From: an uncultured Vicinamibacteraceae bacterium
Lineage (GTDB): Bacteria > Acidobacteriota > Vicinamibacteria > Vicinamibacterales > UBA8438
Length of the DNA stretch: 64,000 nt
Assembly (NCBI GenBank): GCA_964342695.1
Contig: CAYFFV010000004.1
Location: 33,402-97,401, forward strand
Direction of reading: 5' to 3'
Of this stretch, positions 29,423 to 37,290 are shown piece by piece. Below the pieces are notes generated by a model. The model ran no database searches, was not told where the DNA came from, and worked only from the letters and a program-made list of their open reading frames with translations. The translations under genes were made by a program, and so were the position numbers. The first letter of the stretch is position 1. Each line of letters starts with the position of its first letter.

Positions 29423-30166
29423 ATGGCTGAAGCAATATTTAAAATCTGGCGCGGGAATGCTGATGGAGGTGCCTATCAGGATTATTCTACCGAGGTGACT
29501 GAGGGCATGGTTGTTCTCGATGCCGTTCACCAGATTCAGGCTGAATCAGCAAATGACTTGGCTGTTCGATGGAATTGCAAGGCTGGCAAATGCGGTTCTT
29601 GTTCAGCGGAAATAAATGGCAAGCCAAAGCTAATGTGTATGACGCGTCTGAATAGTTTGAATTTAGATAAGCCGGTAACGGTCGAGCCCATGCAGGCCTT
29701 TCCTCCGATACGTGATCTTGTGACAGATGTTTCGTGGAACTACGAAGTCAAGAAACAAATCAAGCCATTTAAGCCACGTCCACCTGATGCTGAAGATGGT
29801 ACTTGGCGATTGGCTCAGGAAGATGCAGAGCGGGTTCAAGAATTTCGAAAATGTATCGAGTGTTTCCTCTGTCAAGACGTATGCCACGTTTTACGTGATC
29901 ACCGTTTGCATCATGAATTTATCGGACCACGATTTTTTATTCATACCGCACAATTTGAAATGAATCCACTTGATATTGAGGATCGTGCTAACGACCTTGC
30001 TTATGATCATGGTGTTGGATATTGCAACATTACAAAGTGCTGTACGAAGGTATGCCCAGAGGAAATAACAATCACGGATAATGCGATCATTCCATTGAAA
30101 GAACGTGTGGTTGATCGTTTATATGATCCTCTTACACGGTTGCTTAGAGTGTTTCAGTCGGAGTAA
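29423..30166 (+). CDS. sdhB: Succinate dehydrogenase iron-sulfur subunit
   Basis: CKAGKCGSC…C, CIECFLCQDVC, CNITKCCTKVCP. Confidence 0.95.
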   Translation: MAEAIFKIWRGNADGGAYQDYSTEVTEGMVVLDAVHQIQAESANDLAVRWNCKAGKCGSCSAEINGKPKLMCMTRLNSLNLDKPVTVEPMQAFPPIRDLVTDVSWNYEVKKQIKPFKPRPPDAEDGTWRLAQEDAERVQEFRKCIECFLCQDVCHVLRDHRLHHEFIGPRFFIHTAQFEMNPLDIEDRANDLAYDHGVGYCNITKCCTKVCPEEITITDNAIIPLKERVVDRLYDPLTRLLRVFQSE

Positions 30167-30173
30167 CGGTTTT

Positions 30174-30575
30174 TTAGTGAATTGTGTATTGCCGACGGGT
30201 CTGCTCAAGAGCAGAGTTTTCCATTTCTTCTTCTTGTTTCCACCGCCTTCTAGTTTCGCGACGCCTTATTTGGTGCCGCCAGATTGCAGTTACGGCAAGT
30301 ATTGTAATTAACATCCACTGTGTAAATGGATGGCCAATGAAGCTAATCCACCATATCCACGAACTCTGTTGTTTTGCCGGTTTTGCGATCTCATCTAGTA
30401 TCGATGGTTGCGAGCCCTTGCGACCAATCTGAATTTTTTGGTGTACAAATGGCGCAATTTTAATCGGAGTTTTGATGGCACTGAGAATTGTACGTTGCGT
30501 CAAAAGGTCGCAGTGAGGGTCTGCGGTGTTGTTTAAGTAGGTTAAATTGAGGAATAGAATCGCGAGTAATACCAT
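30174..30575 (-). CDS. Hypothetical membrane protein (possibly a gene remnant)
   Basis: 133-aa ORF with one C-terminal TM followed by a basic/acidic tail (RRRETRRRWKQEEE). Confidence 0.45.
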   Translation of the reverse strand: MVLLAILFLNLTYLNNTADPHCDLLTQRTILSAIKTPIKIAPFVHQKIQIGRKGSQPSILDEIAKPAKQQSSWIWWISFIGHPFTQWMLITILAVTAIWRHQIRRRETRRRWKQEEEMENSALEQTRRQYTIH

Positions 30576-30621
30576 TTCAAAAGAAAAGTTTATGCTAGAT
30601 CTTGTTTAATAAGGAACACGG

Positions 30622-31296
30622 TCATTGTGTTACCAAAACGGTTGCTGACTGGAACCAATTTCTACAGACAGGAATCACGACCCGAGCGTACTTTTCGAGC
30701 CATTCATTCAGGGCTTTCCACTCATGGTCTTTCCATGTTGTATAGAACACGCGGTTTACATTTTTTGGATTCGCTTCATTGAATTCAGATCTCCAGCAGC
30801 ATAATTCATCGAGGCGAATAATGGTTCCCGGTTCAATTAAATGATTCAAAGAGTCTGGAATAGTCTTTGTTGAAGAGTAGATATCAGCATCAAGATTGAG
30901 AAATGATATTTGTGAGCAGTTTTCGCTGTTAACTTGATTGTCTGCCCAATCTGGAACGTTATCATTAAACCATCCTTTGATAAGTTTCACATTCTGTTCG
31001 ACTGCGGGTGAAAGGCCGTTACGGTCGAATCTTTTGCCTGAGATAAATTTGTTGCCGGTATCCCAATCTTCAGGAAGCCCTTCGAAACTATCAAAACCTA
31101 TGAAACGTAAATCGGGTCGCAACTTTGCCATGTGATTTATAGTGTCGCCTGAAAACACACCAAATTCTAAGTTGAATCCCCAATCTCCAAGATGGGTCAT
31201 TAGCCAGTCTAATTAACGGAACCGAACGTCGTTTGTATTGCTGTTCAAGATGTGGGAATCAAATATTTTAATGGTTTAAAATTCTGTGATTTTCAT
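30622..31296 (-). pseudogene. TylF/MycF-like class I SAM methyltransferase interrupted by two in-frame TAA codons
   Basis: LEFGVFSG, GFDSFEGLPEDW, LIKGWFND, LNLDADIYSST; the frame continues upstream to ATG 31296 (AAGGG RBS) through TAA at 31278-31276 and 31215-31213. Confidence 0.7.
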
Positions 31297-31351
31297 TAAG
31301 TCTCTACCCTTACTTTTTGTGATCACGACAATTTGATCCATGAAATAGGCG

Positions 31352-32125
31352 TTAACGACTATCTAGGCGGCGTCTGGAGCCGGCACGGAGATTTATTAGT
31401 TCAACAAGAAGACTGAAAATCATTGCGAAATAGATATACCCACGAGGTAGATGTTGCCCTAGTCCATCAGCAACAAGAAGTACACCGATCATTACTAAGA
31501 ATGCGAGTGCCAGAGTCTTTATTGAAGGGTACTTTGTTACAAAATTACTAATGGCACCGACGAACAAAATCATAACTAAGATGGCAATTAAGACCGCTAT
31601 TATCATAATTTCAATTTCATCCACCATACCTACGGCCGTAATGACTGAATCAAGACTAAACACCGCATCCAAAAGTGCGATTTGAGTGAGAATTAATAAA
31701 ACTGAGGGTGCGACTTTTTGATGGTCATTTCCCGCTTGTTCGCTGGACATCAAATGATGAATTTCATAGGTGGCTTTTGCTATAAGGAATAGTCCACCGA
31801 ATATGAGAATAATATCTCGTCCGCTTATTGGAAGAGAGTTTCGGGACAATGGATTTCCGTCTCCGCCGATTTCTGTCATTAACGGTATTGAAAATAAGGG
31901 AGTTGTCAGCTGCATGATCCAAAAAATACTAAAGAGCAGTACAAGTCGCATAGCTAACGCAAGTGCAAGCCCAATAACGCGCGTCCTGTGTTGATGTTCG
32001 ACTGGTAAACGGCCAGTGAGAATGGCAATGAAAATTATATTGTCTATACCAAGGACGATTTCCAGTGCAGTTAGGGTGACGAGTGCCACCATGGAATCAA
32101 TGCTAAACAAAAATGATAAGTCCAT
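31352..32125 (-). CDS. TerC family membrane protein
   Basis: LEIVLGIDNIIFI, GRDIILIFGGLFL, DAVFSLDSVITAVG, GYIYFAMIFS. Confidence 0.92.
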   Translation of the reverse strand: MDLSFLFSIDSMVALVTLTALEIVLGIDNIIFIAILTGRLPVEHQHRTRVIGLALALAMRLVLLFSIFWIMQLTTPLFSIPLMTEIGGDGNPLSRNSLPISGRDIILIFGGLFLIAKATYEIHHLMSSEQAGNDHQKVAPSVLLILTQIALLDAVFSLDSVITAVGMVDEIEIMIIAVLIAILVMILFVGAISNFVTKYPSIKTLALAFLVMIGVLLVADGLGQHLPRGYIYFAMIFSLLVELINLRAGSRRRLDSR

Positions 32126-32129
32126 ATTA

Positions 32130-32414
32130 TTAATTTGTTACTTCTCTTTTCATAGGTCCGTGTAACAGTTTCGCGATAGTTGCGCCGAGATGAGAATCTT
32201 CAGCATCCCAGAAACTATTAACTGACGGATGTTTCTTCAGCACAGAATGCACTATACGTCTTTGAATTCCAATTCCACGACCGTGAATCAGGCGAATTTC
32301 TGCAAAGCCTTGTTCAGCAGCGACCGTGACGTATTCCTTAACAACAGATTCTACATCTCGTGGTGAGAATACGTGTAAGTCGAGAATTCCGTCGATTGGT
32401 ATTTTGTGGACCAT
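32130..32414 (-). CDS. Stand-alone Smr/MutS2 C-terminal domain protein
   Basis: LDLH…IRLIHGRGIG…GAT. Confidence 0.88.
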   Translation of the reverse strand: MVHKIPIDGILDLHVFSPRDVESVVKEYVTVAAEQGFAEIRLIHGRGIGIQRRIVHSVLKKHPSVNSFWDAEDSHLGATIAKLLHGPMKREVTN

Positions 32415-32426
32415 TAAAAGATGAAC

Positions 32427-32774
32427 TTAATCTTTGTTGTAACTAACAGTGACTTCCGTAGTTATTCCGCCTCGAACAGAGAAAGCACCTGTGACCGTCA
32501 TACTACGAGGTAGGCAAGAGGCAACTAAAGTATCAAGAATTTCGTTAGTCGCACGTTCATAAAAAACACCGCGATTCCTGAAAGTGATTAAATATAACTT
32601 TAGCCCCTTTAGCTCAAGGCATTTCTTGTCTGGAGTATAAGTGATGAAAATTTCACCAAAATCTGGCAAACCTGTCTTTGGACAAACGGATGTAAATTCT
32701 GGACAATTAATGGTAATTTCGTAGTCGCGCTCCGGTTTTGGGTTTTTAAAGGTTTCGAGTTTGATTTCTGACAT
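32427..32774 (-). CDS. queF: NADPH-dependent preQ0 reductase (short type I)
   Basis: PEFTSVCPKTGLPDF, ELKGLKLY, RGGI. Confidence 0.93.
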   Translation of the reverse strand: MSEIKLETFKNPKPERDYEITINCPEFTSVCPKTGLPDFGEIFITYTPDKKCLELKGLKLYLITFRNRGVFYERATNEILDTLVASCLPRSMTVTGAFSVRGGITTEVTVSYNKD

Positions 32775-32845
32775 CGACTGATTCTAACATCTTGGGGTCT
32801 CGCTTCTAAGTATCTAGTGGTCGTGAGATGATTAGTTCGTTATTC

Positions 32846-32874
32846 TTGACATAAATAACGGGCCGAGGTAACCT
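32846..32874 (+). promoter_or_regulatory. Sigma70-type promoter of hup: TTGACA-N17-TAACCT
   Basis: Perfect -35 at 32846-32851, 17-nt spacer, -10 at 32869-32874. Confidence 0.6.
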
Positions 32875-32968
32875 ACGGCGCGTTTTTATTGGTTTTATTT
32901 ACCGTCTCGACCACTTACGCGGGTGTTCGTATTGGCGGTTACCATCAGCGCGTAAGAAGGCAGGGGGA

Positions 32969-33271
32969 ATGCCAATGGCCGAAGGTCGACGAATGGGAAA
33001 GACGGAGCTCTTTTCACACTTTGCGGAACGTTTTGATATGAAGCGCACCCAGGCTCGTGAGTTCTTTGACGAATTGCAACAGCTATCAGAAAAAGAACTA
33101 AAGCGGTCTGGCGAATTTGTTTTACCTGGAATGGTTAAGTTGGTTGTTCAGAATCGACAGGCTCGCATTGGTCGTAACCCTGCGACCGGAGAATCTATTC
33201 AGATTCCGGCAAAGACTGTTGTTAAGGCTAGGATTGCAAAACAGCTTAAAGATTCAGTTTTGCCGAGTTAA
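32969..33271 (+). CDS. hup: HU family DNA-binding protein
   Basis: ARIGRNPATGESIQIPAKTVVK. Confidence 0.93.
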   Translation: MPMAEGRRMGKTELFSHFAERFDMKRTQAREFFDELQQLSEKELKRSGEFVLPGMVKLVVQNRQARIGRNPATGESIQIPAKTVVKARIAKQLKDSVLPS

Positions 33272-33290
33272 TAAACTTTGCTTTAAACGT

Positions 33291-33332
33291 AAGGGGCTTT
33301 CAGGTCTAGGTGTAAAAGACTCGAGGCCCCTT
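33291..33332 (+). terminator. Hairpin after hup (probable terminator)
   Basis: AAGGGGC…GTCT / AGAC…GCCCCTT imperfect stem. Confidence 0.5.
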
Positions 33333-33463
33333 ATGTATGTTGGCAGAAAATTGTTACGCATGAATTTAAAAGCACTCCACCTGAGATTATTGCTTCGCGA
33401 TAAAATTCCCTCCGTAAGAGTTGTGAAACACTATCAGAGATTTTAGATAAGGAATATTCAATA

Positions 33464-34630
33464 ATGTCAACTGATGTGCTAATGCCGCAACTTGGTGAAT
33501 CAATTACTGAAGGGACCATTGTTCGTTGGAATAAAACAGTTGGAGATAGTGTTGAGCGTGACGAACCGCTGTTTGAAGTTTCAACTGATAAGGTCGACGC
33601 TGAGATCCCTTCTCCTGTGGCTGGAATTGTTGTGACCATTAAAGTTTCTAGAGGGGAGACTGTTCCGGTTGATAGCGTTGTTGCCGTTATTGATGATGGC
33701 AGCAAGAAAGATTCTTCGCCGGTTGAGAAAGGGAACGATTTAAATACTGAAACGACAAATCCTGTGCCGGTAAACGACGCTGAAAATAACAGACAGTCTC
33801 CTAACCGTGGTGGGGGCGTTTCCCCCGTAGTCCGGAGAATCGCACGAGAACATAAGATTGATCTTACGACAGTCCGTGGAACTGGTGCGGGAGGGCGTGT
33901 GACCAAGGAAGATGTAATGGCTCACGTTCAAAGTGATTCTCCGGCTGTTCGTTCTGAACAAATGACGGTTATGCGCAAAAAAATTGCTGATCATATGATT
34001 AGTAGTCGCCGAACCTCAGCGCATGTTCATACTATTTTTGATGTTGACTTTGGCCGAATCGAAGAATTGCGTAAGAAATGGAACGAAGAGAATTCAAAAA
34101 CTGGTACGAAACTTACCTATCTACCTTTTATTGCTAGAGCAGTTGTGAGTGCTTTGGCAGAAGTTCCTGTGATTAATGCATCTGTGAAAGAAGACAATAT
34201 TATTTATTGTGATCAAGTCAATCTTGGAATTGCTGTTGCCCTTGAAGATGGTCTTATTGTGCCGGTCATAAAGAAAGCGGATAGTGCCACAGTGCTTGAA
34301 CTTAGTCAGGCAATTGTGGAACTGTCCGGACGCGCGCGGAACAAAGCGCTTAAACCCGAGGACGTGGACGGCGGCACATTTACGATTACCAATCCTGGGG
34401 TGTTTGGCTCAATTGCAGGAGTGCCGATCATTAATCAGCCACAGCTGGCAATATTAGCTGTTGGAACAGTCGAAAAACGACCCGTTGTGTCGGATGATGA
34501 AATTAAAGTTGGTCTTCGATCATATCTTACGCTCGGTTTTGATCACAGAATAATCGATGGGGCAGTAGCCGATCAGTTCATGTCTGCTGTAAAGGCGAGC
34601 ATTGAGCAATTTGACCAAGAGCTTTGCTGA
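33464..34630 (+). CDS. 2-oxoacid dehydrogenase E2 dihydrolipoamide acyltransferase (SucB-like)
   Basis: Lipoyl domain EVSTDKVDAEIPSP, E3-binding SPVVRRIARE…GTGAGGRVTKED, catalytic DHRIIDG; substrate specificity not certain. Confidence 0.92.
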   Translation: MSTDVLMPQLGESITEGTIVRWNKTVGDSVERDEPLFEVSTDKVDAEIPSPVAGIVVTIKVSRGETVPVDSVVAVIDDGSKKDSSPVEKGNDLNTETTNPVPVNDAENNRQSPNRGGGVSPVVRRIAREHKIDLTTVRGTGAGGRVTKEDVMAHVQSDSPAVRSEQMTVMRKKIADHMISSRRTSAHVHTIFDVDFGRIEELRKKWNEENSKTGTKLTYLPFIARAVVSALAEVPVINASVKEDNIIYCDQVNLGIAVALEDGLIVPVIKKADSATVLELSQAIVELSGRARNKALKPEDVDGGTFTITNPGVFGSIAGVPIINQPQLAILAVGTVEKRPVVSDDEIKVGLRSYLTLGFDHRIIDGAVADQFMSAVKASIEQFDQELC

Positions 34631-34636
34631 CACACT

Positions 34637-35353
34637 GTGATGAGTGATGCGCGTCACGACAATCCTTCCGAATTAGCAGTTTGTCAGTTAGGTCTCGTTT
34701 CTTATGAAAAAGGTCTTGAAATACAACGAAGACTTGTAGCCGAGCGTCGGAAGGGACGAGTCCCAGATCTGCTTCTTTTCCTTGAGCATTCTCATGTAAT
34801 AACCATGGGTGTTAGTGCGAGACTAAACAGTGAAAACGTCTTGGCATCTTCTGATGAGTTGGTTCAGCGAAGTATAAAAGTAGTAGAGGCTCCGCGCGGG
34901 GGGGATGTGACGTACCATGGCCCAGGTCAGTTGATTGGATACCCGATTCTTGATCTCAGACCCGATCGTTGTGATGTTCACAAATATGTCCGTGACTTAG
35001 AGGAAGTCATAATACGTGCTCTTAACGCGTTGCGCATTACCTCTGTACGGATTCCTGGGTTAAGCGGTGTCTGGATAGATAATTGTAAAGTTGCAGCCAT
35101 TGGTGTTCGATTGTCACGTTGGATTACAAGTCATGGATTTGCTTTAAATGTTGAGACTGATCTCGATTACTTTAAGTTAATTCGTCCTTGTGGTATTCGG
35201 GACAAAGGTGTTACTTCTGTTTCTGTTGTGACTGGTCAGAGCCTTCACACAAAAGATCTTATTCCTGTTCTAGCAAAAGAATTTGGTGCTGTTTTTGATC
35301 GTTCTGTGACCTATGCGTCTGACGAATTAATAAGAACTTTACGAGATGGATAA
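34637..35353 (+). CDS. lipB: Lipoyl(octanoyl) transferase
   Basis: LEH, RGGDVTYHGPGQL, KVAAIG, HGFALNV, PCG. Confidence 0.95.
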   Translation: MMSDARHDNPSELAVCQLGLVSYEKGLEIQRRLVAERRKGRVPDLLLFLEHSHVITMGVSARLNSENVLASSDELVQRSIKVVEAPRGGDVTYHGPGQLIGYPILDLRPDRCDVHKYVRDLEEVIIRALNALRITSVRIPGLSGVWIDNCKVAAIGVRLSRWITSHGFALNVETDLDYFKLIRPCGIRDKGVTSVSVVTGQSLHTKDLIPVLAKEFGAVFDRSVTYASDELIRTLRDG

Positions 35354-36184
35354 TGCAGTGCCGAGTTGAGTTCGTTCTTGTTGTGTAAGTACCGGCTCAA
35401 CGATATTTGTAATGCCTGTGCGATCAATGTCGATGGGGACTGCAGTTGTTGAACCTTTGACACCGAACTCACCATTGAGTTCGACGAAGCAAGTTACTTT
35501 CTTTAATGGAGCGCCTGATATGACTGCTTCGCATATACGGGTTGTGACTGAGGCTATAGCATAAGGCCCCGGTGGCCACAGGAGTTTAGTGCGGGATTTA
35601 AATCTGGAAAAATTATTGAGGCTGAATTGATACTTCAACGCCAAACCTCCGACCGTGGCTGAATTCCACGGTATTACAATGTGTTCAGGTGGAGTTCCAA
35701 GTACCGCTAAAGAAATTTCTGAGGGAGAGGTATTTAATTCTAGTGCAATTAGTGCTTGCAGTGCTGGTTTGATTGCCGCAGGGGCTGTGCCGATGAGTCT
35801 TTGACGTGCGATTCCAGATTCTAATGCACCCCGGTTAACGATATTTCTATGTGTATGAGATGCACAGAGAAAAACGGCTTGGCGGTTAATTCTGCCTAGC
35901 TCTGCAAGAGTTGCTATCGCAGAGTTCTCATTTTCTTGGGACAAAAGATCTTGTGTAAGAACCACCACATCTGCTTGAGTCGCATAACTGAGATCAGTGT
36001 GCGACGTAATTGTTGTCTGAAAAGGTTCTATTGCCGCAGTTTGTTGAATATCCAGCGCCGTTCCGGCCGCTATATCTTCGCCAGTGTCAATTAGGGAAAT
36101 ACGATCAAAACGCCCCCGGGTGGCAATTTTGTGAGCGAGCGAACCTCCTAGGGTATTCACGCCAACTATAGCTATTTCAGACAC
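35339..36184 (-). CDS. Degenerate lactate/malate dehydrogenase-fold protein
   Basis: IAIVG…LID…AAGTALDIQQ…ADVVVL, and LNGEFGV…VP…GI..IVE..LT..ER as in LDH-like MDH; catalytic residues absent. Confidence 0.8.
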   Translation of the reverse strand: MSEIAIVGVNTLGGSLAHKIATRGRFDRISLIDTGEDIAAGTALDIQQTAAIEPFQTTITSHTDLSYATQADVVVLTQDLLSQENENSAIATLAELGRINRQAVFLCASHTHRNIVNRGALESGIARQRLIGTAPAAIKPALQALIALELNTSPSEISLAVLGTPPEHIVIPWNSATVGGLALKYQFSLNNFSRFKSRTKLLWPPGPYAIASVTTRICEAVISGAPLKKVTCFVELNGEFGVKGSTTAVPIDIDRTGITNIVEPVLTQQERTQLGTALSIS

Positions 36185-36221
36185 TGGGTTATTCTATTAA
36201 AGTCTTACCAAGAGACTCCAT

Positions 36222-36962
36222 ATGGAAAATACAAAAATTCACGGTTGTGTGGCTGTTGTAACCGGAGGTTCTCGAGGTATTGGGCTGTCAATTACGAATG
36301 AATTAATTTCTTTAGGCGTTAATGTCGTCATTTGTGGTCGGTCTCAAGAATCGCTGGAGCAAGCTCGGAATGAGGTGTTGAGTAACAATGATAAATCAAT
36401 TGATCATGGACGCCTTGAGACTATTAGGGCGGACATTAGCGATGCAAGTCAGGCACGAAATGTTATTGAACAATCTGAGAAAATGTTCGGACAACTCGAT
36501 ATTCTTATTAATAATGCTGGTGTTCGGAAATTTAAAAATATCACCGATCTATCTTTAGACGCTTGGAAAGAGATTATAGGGACAAATGTAGATGGATTAT
36601 TTTTTTGTTGTCGTGCGGCTATACCCATCATACGTCGCAGCAAAATGGGATGGATCATAAATGTCAGCAGCTTGGCTGGTTCCCATCCTTTTTCAAAAGG
36701 TGCAGCGTACTGTGCATCAAAAGCTGCTGTGAATGCTCTGACTGAGGTATTGATGCAGGAAGTTCGTAGCGAAAACATCAGGGTAACCTGTATAGCGCCA
36801 GGCTCTGTTGATACTTCCAATACTAAATCGGAAGTGAGTTCTCCTGAAGATTGGAAACTTTCCTCAAGTGATGTTGCTAAGGTGGTCGTGGATACATTGT
36901 TGCATCATTCTAGGAGTCTTCCAAGCCGTATTGAAATTAGGCCATCTCGTCCGAGAATATGA
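36222..36962 (+). CDS. Short-chain dehydrogenase/reductase
   Basis: TGGSRGIG, NNAG, YCASK. Confidence 0.92.
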   Translation: MENTKIHGCVAVVTGGSRGIGLSITNELISLGVNVVICGRSQESLEQARNEVLSNNDKSIDHGRLETIRADISDASQARNVIEQSEKMFGQLDILINNAGVRKFKNITDLSLDAWKEIIGTNVDGLFFCCRAAIPIIRRSKMGWIINVSSLAGSHPFSKGAAYCASKAAVNALTEVLMQEVRSENIRVTCIAPGSVDTSNTKSEVSSPEDWKLSSSDVAKVVVDTLLHHSRSLPSRIEIRPSRPRI

Positions 36963-36965
36963 ATT

Positions 36966-37253
36966 CTATTCTTCAATTACTGATAATTCAAAGCTGGCGA
37001 GAGTTAGAATATCCCCGGCATGAAGCGCAGACTTTTGAATACGGTTGTTATTGACAAAGGTTCCATTTGTGCTGGCAAGATCTTCGACTACTAAACCATT
37101 TTCTGATACTGAAAAGTGGCAATGTACTCTTGAAATCAATGGAACATTTACGACAAAGTCAGCTTGAGGACCTCGACCAAATGTTCTCTTGGCTCCCAAG
37201 GTAAGACGGATAGTACACGGAATCGAAGTGTCGTTTGATTTTAAGATCCACAT
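36966..37253 (-). CDS. Stand-alone FHA domain protein
   Basis: FGR…ISRVH…DLASTNGTFVN. Confidence 0.9.
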   Translation of the reverse strand: MWILKSNDTSIPCTIRLTLGAKRTFGRGPQADFVVNVPLISRVHCHFSVSENGLVVEDLASTNGTFVNNNRIQKSALHAGDILTLASFELSVIEE

Positions 37254-37290
37254 AGATGATCTTTTTGAAATTTCGATATTTAAAAACTTT

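Noticed and set aside
31201-31296. Alternative genetic code (TAA readthrough)
   Set aside because: TAA terminates many conserved genes in this window (infA, hup, def), so pseudogenisation is the simpler explanation
32775-32850. preQ1 riboswitch upstream of queF
   Set aside because: No stem plus A-rich tail motif, and the -10 box sits 6 nt from the ATG, leaving no leader
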